Below, piece after piece: positions 1-7,208 of a DNA stretch of 29,404 nt. The position numbers were made by a program, and so were the translations under genes. Every line of letters starts with the position of its first letter. Position 1 is the stretch's first letter. The notes beneath the pieces were generated by a model. The model was not told where the DNA came from. It saw only the letters and a list, made by a program, of their open reading frames with translations, and did not search any database. This DNA comes from an uncultured virus (IMG/VR IMGVR_UViG_3300033463_000060) (taxonomy: Duplodnaviria > Heunggongvirae > Uroviricota > Caudoviricetes): the IMG/VR virus record IMGVR_UViG_3300033463_000060; one strand, given 5' to 3'.

Positions 1-1
1 G

Positions 2-1081
2 CGCACGAAGACGGACGACGGCACACGGGTGGAACAGTGCGTACACATGCTGAAAGAGGACCCGAAGGAGGGTTGGCGCCCCGTATGCCTGCCCTACGCC
101 GCCCTGCAGGAGGCGTTCAAGTTGCTGCCTGCCGCCCGTCGCTGCATGGTGACGCTGACGGAGAAGCAGGACGGCACGGTGCGCCAGATGCTCATCGACT
201 ATCAGGACGGCAAGCTGTCGTTGCCCTTCGAGCCCGCCGACGAGTTCCCCGAGCCGCCCGCCGTGGCTCAGGACGGCACGGAGGAGCACCAGTGCCGCTT
301 CCAGATGGCCGCTCAGGAGCTGATACCCGTGATGCGCCGCGCCAAGACCTGCACTGCCGACGATGAGTTGCGCCCCGTGATGAACTCGGTCTGTCTCGAT
401 TGCTTCATCGACAAGATGGTGGTGGTGGCTACGAATGGCCATGTGATGATGAAGTACGTGCTGGAGACCCCAGGCTACATGCAGCAGGTGGGCTTCCCCG
501 TCACCGCGAGCGCTTGTCTGCTCATTCCGAAGCAGGCCATGCCCAGCGTGGTGGCAGCCTTCTCCGGTGCCGACCGTCTGACCGTCAGTGCCGACACGCA
601 GCGCATCCAGCTCTCCACCGACGGCGTGACCTTGGTGACGCGCTGTATCGAGGGCCACTATCCTAACTACGAGAGCGTCATCCCCAAGGACAGCCCCTAC
701 CGTGTGCAGATGAGCCGCGACACGCTGAAGATGGCGCTGCGCCGCATCCAGTTGTCGGCCAGCTCGTCGTCAAACATGGCCACCTTCCGTGCCGATGCCG
801 GAGCCTTCGTCATCTCTGCCGAGGACTACGACTTCAGCCGCGAGGGCTCCGAGCGAGTGCCCGTGCAGCAGACCGACGCTTTCCTGCCCGACGGCTTCAC
901 TATCGGCATGAAGATCCAGAACACGCTCGAACTGCTCGACCTGCTGGACGAGGACAACATCTGCCTCTACTTCTCCGACCCCAGCCGCGCCTTCCTCTTG
1001 AAGAACGAGAGCCCGAAGGCGCAGAACGTCACCTTGCTGCAGATGCCGATGCTGGTGAATGGCGAGGGGGCGACGGAGTAG
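2..1081 (+). CDS. dnaN: DNA polymerase III beta subunit (sliding clamp), phage-encoded; 5' end outside window
   Basis: Beta-clamp motifs TADDELRPVMNSVCLD, VATNGH, EGHYPNYESVIP, IGMK..LLELL and LLQMPML. Frame is open from the window start. Confidence 0.88.
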   Translation, partial: RTKTDDGTRVEQCVHMLKEDPKEGWRPVCLPYAALQEAFKLLPAARRCMVTLTEKQDGTVRQMLIDYQDGKLSLPFEPADEFPEPPAVAQDGTEEHQCRFQMAAQELIPVMRRAKTCTADDELRPVMNSVCLDCFIDKMVVVATNGHVMMKYVLETPGYMQQVGFPVTASACLLIPKQAMPSVVAAFSGADRLTVSADTQRIQLSTDGVTLVTRCIEGHYPNYESVIPKDSPYRVQMSRDTLKMALRRIQLSASSSSNMATFRADAGAFVISAEDYDFSREGSERVPVQQTDAFLPDGFTIGMKIQNTLELLDLLDEDNICLYFSDPSRAFLLKNESPKAQNVTLLQMPMLVNGEGATE

Positions 1082-1152
1082 TGACACACGGGGACTGTCC
1101 CCTGTGTGAGAAGCGAAAGCGGATTGCATGGGGACTGTCCCCTGCGTGTCGC
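1081..1152. repeat. REP-like double palindrome (GGGGACTGTCCCCTG x2)
   Basis: cacacggggactgtcccctgtgtg ... gcatggggactgtcccctgcgtgtcgc begins on the dnaN stop codon. Confidence 0.8.
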
Positions 1153-1178
1153 ATCGGTCGAAAGAGCGAAATAAAGAA

Positions 1179-1209
1179 CGAACACGAATTTCACGAATTA
1201 AACGAATTA
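1179..1209 (+). repeat. Left 31-bp inverted repeat built of 9-mer (CACGAATT-like) units
   Basis: cgaacacgaatttcacgaattaaacgaatta; reverse complement matches 2458-2488 at 29/31. Confidence 0.9.
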
Positions 1210-1240
1210 TGACGATAATGACGAAAAAAGTGACGAATTG

Positions 1241-1272
1241 TTTGGTTGTATGGATAATTATGCTTATCTTTG
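1241..1272 (+). promoter_or_regulatory. Canonical Bacteroidetes primary-sigma promoter (-33 TTTG / -7 TAnnTTTG)
   Basis: TTTG at 1241-1244, 20-bp spacer, TATCTTTG at 1265-1272. Confidence 0.85.
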
Positions 1273-1276
1273 CAGC

Positions 1277-1329
1277 GTCAAATCAAATTAGCGACACGAA
1301 GTCGCTGCTCAACCGAGGCAGCGTTTTTT
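1277..1329 (+). terminator. C4-type target site 1 with overlapping antiterminator and intrinsic terminator
   Basis: Target gtcaaatcaaattagc (1277-1292). Hairpin AGCGAC-acgaa-GTCGCT (1290-1306) is mutually exclusive with CGCTGC...GCAGCG-TTTTTT (1303-1329). Confidence 0.75.
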
Positions 1330-1388
1330 GTGGCCATACATCGTTGGTAGAGAAAAGCGAACCCCTGCAAAGGGCGAACTATATTCTC

Positions 1389-1463
1389 GGCGGCAACCGC
1401 GTTGGGTACTGGAAACAGCCCAAGGTCTCAGCTAATTTGAACCTGACAGCGCGTAGTGCCGCC
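1389..1463 (+). ncRNA. C4/CI-like antisense RNA (cloverleaf)
   Basis: Closing stem ggcggca/tgccgcc; hairpin ttggg-ta-ctg-GAAA-cag-cccaa; hairpin with loop gctaatt; single-stranded tgacag. The segment gctaatttga...tgac is complementary to flanking gtca...aattagc sites. Confidence 0.75.
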
Positions 1464-1500
1464 GTTCTTTTATTGTCAAACGTCAAATCAGATTAGCAAA

Positions 1501-2460
1501 ATGGAACAGGACATTATTTACAACGAGGACTGCTTGCAGGGCTTGAAGCACCTGCCTGACAACAGCGTCGATTGCTGCATCACGTCGCCGCCTTATTACG
1601 CCCTGCGTGACTATGGTGTAGAGGGTCAGATTGGTTTGGAGGAAACTCCGCAGCAGTACATCGACCGACTGACCGAGGTATTCATGGAAGTGCATCGGGT
1701 ATTGAAGCCAGAGGGCACGCTGTGGATAAACATCGGCGATAGTTACAACGGCAACAAGAAGGGCAACACCGAGACGAACAAGAACAAAAAGGTCGCCGAG
1801 ACCAGCCACTTCGAGAAGAAACTTTGGAAGGAGTGTAAGCAGAAAGACCTAATCGGCATACCTTGGATGCTGGCGTTCTCGTTACGCAATGAGGGATGGT
1901 ATCTGCGGCAGGACATCATTTGGAACAAGCCGAATGTGATGCCTGAACCAGCCACCGACCGATGCGTCAAGGCTCACGAGTATATATTCCTGCTATCAAA
2001 GTCGGAGCGTTACTATTTCGACTACGAGCAAATCCAAGAGGAAGCGACAACGCATGAGAACCGCCCCGCTGGTGTCGTTTGCAATCGCAAGTTCGGCTAC
2101 GACAGCAAGCAGAACCAGCACCCCGAAGCCTATCTGATGTCGTCAGCCGACAAGACTGGCGAAGTGACCGAGGCAGATATGCCGACGGGCAAGCGAAACA
2201 AGCGCGACGTGTGGTCGGTCAATACGAAGCCCGACCTTAACGCTCACTTCGCAGTCTATCCCGAAGAACTCATTCGGCCTTGCATCCTCGCTGGTTGTCC
2301 GAAAGACGGCATCGTGCTCGACCCGTTCATGGGAAGCGGTACAACGGCTCGCGCCGCCCGTCGCTGGGGTCGGCATTACGTCGGCTTTGAACTCAATCCC
2401 GATTACGTCAAAATTATCGAGAGAAAAGTGCAAGTCGCCGTTGACCTCTTTGCAGAGTAA
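1501..2460 (+). CDS. Site-specific DNA methyltransferase (N4-cytosine/N6-adenine, beta class)
   Basis: IYNEDCL, ITSPPYY, WYLRQDIIWNKPN, HFAVYPEEL and VLDPFMGSGTT motifs. ATG at 1501. Confidence 0.92.
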   Translation: MEQDIIYNEDCLQGLKHLPDNSVDCCITSPPYYALRDYGVEGQIGLEETPQQYIDRLTEVFMEVHRVLKPEGTLWINIGDSYNGNKKGNTETNKNKKVAETSHFEKKLWKECKQKDLIGIPWMLAFSLRNEGWYLRQDIIWNKPNVMPEPATDRCVKAHEYIFLLSKSERYYFDYEQIQEEATTHENRPAGVVCNRKFGYDSKQNQHPEAYLMSSADKTGEVTEADMPTGKRNKRDVWSVNTKPDLNAHFAVYPEELIRPCILAGCPKDGIVLDPFMGSGTTARAARRWGRHYVGFELNPDYVKIIERKVQVAVDLFAE

Positions 2461-2488
2461 TTCGTTTAATTCGTGTAATTCGTGGTCG
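2458..2488 (-). repeat. Right 31-bp inverted repeat (partner of 1179-1209); supplies the MTase TAA stop
   Basis: taattcgtttaattcgtgtaattcgtggtcg. Confidence 0.9.
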
Positions 2489-2532
2489 AAAACAAATCCC
2501 CTCAATCCGTGTAATCCGTGTTAAGCTATCGC

Positions 2533-2600
2533 TTGACTTTGCTCACGCTCGGCATAACTGATGCAAGCATCGTCCTGCACTCGCTTAATCGCAAAGTTCG
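2533..2600. repeat. Dispersed miniature repeat element (…CTCGCTTAATCGCAAAGT family)
   Basis: Hairpin actttgc...gcaaagt. The core ctcgct(t/c)aatcg recurs near 4987-4999 and in reverse complement near 29349-29360. Confidence 0.6.
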
Positions 2601-2614
2601 ACAAAAACAACGAT

Positions 2615-3098
2615 ATGACAAAAGAACAATTACAAGAAAGGCAGCGTCAACATGCCCGACTTCCGCGAGTGGTGCGCCCTGCTCGAAAAGCACGGCTACC
2701 AGAACTTCCTCGCACCCCAGTTCCCCTACCCCTGGGGCAAGGACAAGCGCGACAAGAAGACCAAGCCTGGCATACTGAACTCGAAGCACTACGGCGTGGC
2801 CCAGAACCGCGAACGGGTCTATATGCTCTCCGTGCGCCGCGACATCCTCGGACCCTCTGAAAGAGTTGCGGGCGAATACTCACCCGCGACCCAGTACGAG
2901 TTCCCCCGACCCTTCGCCCTCGACACCTGCATTGCCGACGTGCTGGAGGACAACGTGGACGAGCGCTTCTTCCTGAAGCCCGACTCGGTCATCAAGTTCC
3001 TCACCGTCAACGAGGCCACCGACGGCAGCGACATTCACTATATGGTAACGGACCACAAACTGACGGATGAGGAAATCAGGGAGGCAAGGAAGGGATGA
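2615..3098 (+). pseudogene. C5-cytosine DNA methyltransferase relic (motif VIII plus start of variable region only)
   Basis: LNSKHYGVAQNRERVY and IADVLEDNVDERFFL are present in 2652..3098. No FxGxG, PC, ENV or motif IX/X. An upstream ATG at 2615 with a good leader is out of frame. Confidence 0.7.
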
Positions 3099-3152
3099 GT
3101 TTTTTACGAACACGAATTACACGAATTTTTCATTAACAAACAATTAGGCGAT

Positions 3153-3461
3153 ATGAACAACGAACAAGAGAAAAGGACTGCGCCGAAGTTCGACGCAAAG
3201 AAGAGTAGTAAGACGGGCGACGTGCTCGCCTCGTTGATAACCGGCACGATTGCGAAGACCCAACCGCAGTCGATAGCCGAGGGCTTGCTGATGATGACGC
3301 TGGCTATTGGCCGGACGTTGCAGGTGCTTGGCACGATTATGGGCTGCGACCCGAAAATCATGTGCAAGGACTTCTGTGCAAGTCTGACCAAGTATTTCGA
3401 GATGGGCGGTGACGGACGCATTGACGATATTGCAGCCGCTATGAAGCAAAAAGGTAGTTAA
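3153..3461 (+). CDS. Hypothetical protein
   Basis: 102-aa ORF with AT-rich leader ending ttaggcgatATG. Confidence 0.75.
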   Translation: MNNEQEKRTAPKFDAKKSSKTGDVLASLITGTIAKTQPQSIAEGLLMMTLAIGRTLQVLGTIMGCDPKIMCKDFCASLTKYFEMGGDGRIDDIAAAMKQKGS

Positions 3462-3482
3462 TCTATTAAACATTTAGGCGAT

Positions 3483-3983
3483 ATGAACAACAACATGAAG
3501 AATTATCCCTCACTCGAAAACTTAGAGGGTAAGACAGTGGACGAGCTGATTGCATTACGTCAGCAACTTCGTGAAGTGCGCGACAATCAGCGCGTGACGA
3601 TAGCCGAGGAGATTACGGCAAAACAAAACGAACTCCGACGCGAGAGTATTAACGAACGCCGCATCTTTGACATTCAACTGAACGAACTGAAACGCCAGTT
3701 GGAAGAGATAGGCGACAAGATGGGCGCACCTGCCATGAGAGTCAAGGCCGCAGAACTCCGCGATAAGATTAGCGAACTGAAGTACCAGTTCAACATCAAG
3801 GTTGCCGAGCGCGACCATCGTGAATGTGTCTATGCCAACGAGCGAGTACGTCGCCAGTCGCAAAGCCAGCTCGACTACGAGAACGCAGAGATTGAGGTCT
3901 GCAAGGCCATCCGCGACAAGGACGGATTCAGCCAGTTAGGTTTCAAACAGCGTAAAGACAATGGCGAAGAAGGTCAACAGTAA
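3483..3983 (+). CDS. Hypothetical coiled-coil protein
   Basis: 166-aa E/R/K/L-rich ORF with the same leader as 3153. Confidence 0.8.
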   Translation: MNNNMKNYPSLENLEGKTVDELIALRQQLREVRDNQRVTIAEEITAKQNELRRESINERRIFDIQLNELKRQLEEIGDKMGAPAMRVKAAELRDKISELKYQFNIKVAERDHRECVYANERVRRQSQSQLDYENAEIEVCKAIRDKDGFSQLGFKQRKDNGEEGQQ

Positions 3984-4200
3984 GGGTGTTCGCATCACCC
4001 GTGAACTACTGGCAAAGGCGCTGACGTGGCACTGCCCTCGCTACACCAAGCAGGGCGGCCACGGCGCACCGCCTCACGCTTGCGACAACTTCGACGGCAC
4101 CTACGACTGCTGCAAAGGTCCGTCGCAACTCTGCTCACAGGTATTCGACATCTTTCACACGATGGCAAAGATTCAGAACGGAGAAATAGACGTGATGTAA
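3961..4200 (+). CDS. Hypothetical Cys-rich protein
   Basis: 79 aa; overlaps the upstream stop as in an operon; several Cys/His residues. Confidence 0.65.
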   Translation: MAKKVNSKGVRITRELLAKALTWHCPRYTKQGGHGAPPHACDNFDGTYDCCKGPSQLCSQVFDIFHTMAKIQNGEIDVM

Positions 4201-4201
4201 T

Positions 4202-4369
4202 ATGGCTGACCTACGAGTGACTATTGCCGAGCGCGACCTCGGCGACTTCTACCGAATGTTGCGGGACTTTAGGCGAAATCGTGGCAACACGTTCGCCTAC
4301 CTGCAAATCGAACTTGAACAGCGATACCCCAAACTGAAAGAGAGATATGGAACTACACCTGAAGATTAA
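4202..4369 (+). CDS. Small hypothetical protein (55 aa, not in ORF track)
   Basis: ATG one base after the previous stop: MADLRVTIAERDLGDFYRMLRDFRRNRGNTFAYLQIELEQRYPKLKERYGTTPED*. It fills the gap between neighbouring genes. Confidence 0.65.
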   Translation: MADLRVTIAERDLGDFYRMLRDFRRNRGNTFAYLQIELEQRYPKLKERYGTTPED

Positions 4370-4715
4370 CGACGTGGTGGGCATGGACGACCAGAAACGC
4401 CACATCCTGCGTGTCGATGACGAAAGCCTGCGCACGGCACTCATGGAGCACCCAGGCTGGCTGTCGCAGAACGTCGTCAAGGAATGGCTCTTGAAGCACA
4501 ACACCCGACTGCTGAACGAAATCATCGAAGACCCGACGCTGCGCAACAACATCTACATGGACGAAAAGGCCAAGCGTGAAGCGAAGTCAGAACGTCGTGA
4601 GCGTCATCGTCAGTTCGAGATAGAGAAGCGTCGCCGTCAGGAACAGCATCAGGCATCCATTGCCACCCGTAAGGCTCTCGACTTCTACCGCGACATTCTC
4701 GGCATAGATGAATAA
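4347..4715 (+). CDS. Hypothetical protein
   Basis: 122-aa ORF with phage-like codon use. Confidence 0.75.
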   Translation: MELHLKINDVVGMDDQKRHILRVDDESLRTALMEHPGWLSQNVVKEWLLKHNTRLLNEIIEDPTLRNNIYMDEKAKREAKSERRERHRQFEIEKRRRQEQHQASIATRKALDFYRDILGIDE

Positions 4716-4763
4716 TCGTGTCGATTTATGCAGATTCGTGTCGATTCGTGTCGATTCGTGTTC
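4713..4763. repeat. 10-bp tandem repeat (GATTCGTGTC) starting at a stop codon
   Basis: taatcgtgtcgatttatgcagattcgtgtcgattcgtgtcgattcgtgttc. Confidence 0.8.
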
Positions 4764-4816
4764 TGTCCCCTGTACCACCCCATCACCCCCGATTTCGTAC
4801 CTTTGCCCCCGACACG

Positions 4817-4852
4817 ATGTCCGACCCTCTCGCGACAAAGTTCGTACCTTTG
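4817..4852 (+). promoter_or_regulatory. Phage-type promoter ATGTCCG-N21-TACCTTTG
   Basis: ATGTCCG at 4817-4823, TACCTTTG at 4845-4852. A second TACCTTTG at 4798 has a degenerate TGTACC at the same spacing. Confidence 0.7.
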
Positions 4853-5024
4853 CGATTGTCATCGCAGACCCTGCTCACGTTGCCTGCGGCGAGTTACGTC
4901 ACGACTCGGGATAGTCGATGCTGAGCATCACTCTCCGCTCGCTGCTCCGTAACTTCGACAATGTTCAAATGCGATTTGACATTGTTCTCGCTCAATCGCA
5001 GCGTTAGCAGTCGGAAAAACAAGA

Positions 5025-5089
5025 GTCACGTGACAATCTCGGAACTGTCACCGTGACAATCTCGGAAAAGTCACGTGACAATATCAGAA
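5025..5089. repeat. Three 22-23-bp tandem repeats with palindromic core GTCACGTGAC
   Basis: gtcacgtgacaatctcggaa / gtcaccgtgacaatctcggaa / gtcacgtgacaatatcagaa. Confidence 0.85.
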
Positions 5090-5154
5090 TAAGCTGGTGC
5101 GGCGCTTACACCGAAGTCCGCGAAAAAACAACAATAAAAAACAATTTTAGCATT

Positions 5155-5661
5155 ATGGCAGAATTGAAACTCAAAATCAAGAAACAGCTGATGAAGCGCA
5201 AGGTGGACGGCGCAACGCTCACGGGCTACATCGGCAAGGTAATTACCAACGGACGCAAGTCGTTCGACGAAATCGCCCGCGCCTCGGCCAAGAACACCAC
5301 GCTGCACCCCAAGGAGGCCTCGCTGGCCGCAGAGCTGCTGCTGGAGGGCGTCGCCGAGCAGTTGCAGCAGGGCTACATCGTGGACATGGGGCCGCTGGGC
5401 GTCATCACCCCCGCCGTGAACACCCCGTGGAAGCAGGATGCCGACGAGCTGCAGCTCAGCGAGATGCGCCCGAAGGTGAACTACAAAGCCTCGGACGGCG
5501 TGATGGCTGCCGTGAAGAGCGCCAGCCTGGCCTGGGCCACGCAGAATGACGAGCAGAACGGCACCGAGGCTCCCGCTGGCGACGACGACGTAACCACGCC
5601 CAACACCGAGAACCCCGGGCAGGGCGGCGACGGCGGCCAGGGCGACGGAGGCATCGAATGA
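5155..5661 (+). CDS. HU-related (histone-like) DNA-binding protein, Bacteroidetes type
   Basis: SFDEIAR..AKNTTLHPKE, QLQQGYIVDMGPLG, and a Gly/acidic tail (PGQGGDGGQGDGGIE). ATG at 5155 follows an A-rich leader. Confidence 0.8.
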   Translation: MAELKLKIKKQLMKRKVDGATLTGYIGKVITNGRKSFDEIARASAKNTTLHPKEASLAAELLLEGVAEQLQQGYIVDMGPLGVITPAVNTPWKQDADELQLSEMRPKVNYKASDGVMAAVKSASLAWATQNDEQNGTEAPAGDDDVTTPNTENPGQGGDGGQGDGGIE

Positions 5662-5693
5662 TGTCTGATGGCTGATGGCTGAAGGCTGAACGA

Positions 5694-5724
5694 GGAAGCC
5701 CCGCCCAGCGGTGGGGTTTCCTTT
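5694..5724 (+). terminator. Hairpin/terminator (REP-like)
   Basis: ggaagcccc-gcccagcggt-ggggtttcc-ttt, preceded by 7-mer repeats tgatgtc tgatggc tgatggc tgaaggc that begin at the HU stop codon. Confidence 0.6.
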
Positions 5725-5762
5725 CAAAAACAATTTTTTAGGCGATATTTTTTAAAGGCGAT

Positions 5763-6287
5763 ATGAAAATAACAAGACAATGGGCGATGCCCTCGATGCA
5801 CACGTTCACGATTGAACCGATACGGCAACTGATATGTCGGTACGTCAAGGACGGCAAGGGATGGATTGACCCCTTTGCTGGCGAGAACAGCCCAGCGGAG
5901 ATTACCAACGACCTCAATCCAGAGAAGCCTGCCAAGTACCACATGCACGCTCTCGACTTCGCAAAGATGCTCGACGGGCAATACGACGGCTGTCTGTTTG
6001 ACCCTCCGTATTCGCTGACACAGGTCAAGGAGTGCTATGCAAGCATCGGCTGTGAGGACTTCATGTCGCAGGACGCAAGCCATTTTCCTTACGACATCAA
6101 GCGCGAGATAGCCAAGCGTATTAAGCCCAACGGCATCGTCATCAGTTGCGGTTGGAATAGCGGCGGTTTCGGCAAGACGCTCGGCTTCGAGATGATAGAG
6201 ATACTGCTCGTTCCTCATGGCCGCACCCACAACGACACCATCGTGACGGTCGAGCGTAAAGTACCAACATTATTCGATAACGTATGA
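5763..6287 (+). CDS. Small adenine-specific DNA methyltransferase
   Basis: WIDPFAG (motif I), LFDPPYS (motif IV) and EILLVPHG..HNDTIVTVE. Confidence 0.85.
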   Translation: MKITRQWAMPSMHTFTIEPIRQLICRYVKDGKGWIDPFAGENSPAEITNDLNPEKPAKYHMHALDFAKMLDGQYDGCLFDPPYSLTQVKECYASIGCEDFMSQDASHFPYDIKREIAKRIKPNGIVISCGWNSGGFGKTLGFEMIEILLVPHGRTHNDTIVTVERKVPTLFDNV

Positions 6288-6493
6288 AAGAAATCGTAAT
6301 CACACTGGCCGACATCATCGGTTGGGCCATGTTCATAGGGCTGTGCGCCATCGTGCTCGCCCTCGTCATAGCCGCCGTTGGCTTCATGCTGTTCATCGCG
6401 TGGCAAATCGTCTGCGAAGTGTTCAGCATCGGCAAAGGCGAGACGTTCATCGTCACACCCAAACTGCCACCGCCACCACCTCCGAAGAAATAA
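6284..6493 (+). CDS. Small membrane protein
   Basis: ATGA overlap region with the upstream gene, long hydrophobic stretch and poly-Pro tail. Confidence 0.65.
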   Translation: MKEIVITLADIIGWAMFIGLCAIVLALVIAAVGFMLFIAWQIVCEVFSIGKGETFIVTPKLPPPPPPKK

Positions 6494-6538
6494 TCCGCTC
6501 AATCCGTGAAATTCGTGTTCAAACAATAAAACAACCCT

Positions 6539-7194
6539 ATGGCAAAAGACTGGAACGGCAACGCCGGCAGCATCTTCAAGACGCTCGGCGCATCGAACCA
6601 CACCGAGAACGAACGCCAGGCCGACGACTTCTACGCCACCGACCCCGTGGCCATCGACCTGCTGCTCGACTATCCCCACATCCACATGCCCCACGGCGTA
6701 TGGGAACCATCCTGCGGCAGCGGCTGTCTCAGCCAGCGACTGCGCCAGCGCGGCCACCACGTCGTATCAACCGACCTTGTGGATCGCGGCTACGGAGTGG
6801 GGGGGTAAACTTTTTCGAGCAACAGACGATGCCCGACCACTGCCAGGCCATCGTCACCAATCCCCCCTACAAGTTCGCCACCGAGTACGTCATCCACGCC
6901 CTCCGACTGCTGCCCACCGACGGACTGCTCGCCCTCTTCCTGAAGACCACCTTCGCCGAGGGCAAGGAACGCTACCAGCGCATCTTCGGAGTGACACCCC
7001 CCGCACTCATCCTGCAATGCTCCGAGCGAGTGCTCTGCGCCAAGAACGCCGAATTTGACAAGATGCGCCAGGCAGGCGGCTCCGCAGTCAGCTACGCATG
7101 GTGGGTGTGGCGCAAGGGCTGGCGTGGCGACACCCACCTCGACTGGATAAACCACCCCTCGGCGCAATATGCGAAACAGTTAGAATTGTTTTAA
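6539..7194 (+). CDS. N6-adenine DNA methyltransferase interrupted at a G7 tract (frameshifted/phase-variable)
   Basis: DFYATDP and WEPSCGSG lie in 6539..6808; IVTNPPY and YAWWVW lie in the -1 frame ending at 7194. G8 instead of G7 at 6799-6805 would fuse them as YGVGGVNFF. Confidence 0.85.
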
Positions 7195-7195
7195 A
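7109..7195 (+). repeat. 87-bp direct repeat, copy 1 (3' end of MTase)
   Basis: Matches 7741-7827 at 86/87. Confidence 0.95.
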
Positions 7196-7208
7196 TGAGC
7201 AGACGAAT

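Noticed and set aside
1389..1463. tRNA gene
   Set aside because: Cloverleaf-like and tRNA-sized, but lacks the TTC T-loop and D-loop consensus; loop complementarity to flanking sites fits a C4-like RNA.
1128..1496. 122-aa ORF across the MTase leader
   Set aside because: It starts within a REP palindrome and crosses repeats, promoter and terminator. The region is better explained as regulatory RNA, although a short icd-like leader peptide cannot be excluded.
6322..6800. N-terminal part of the 290-aa ORF 6322..7194
   Set aside because: Off-frame read-through of two real genes; only the part after the G tract is MTase sequence.
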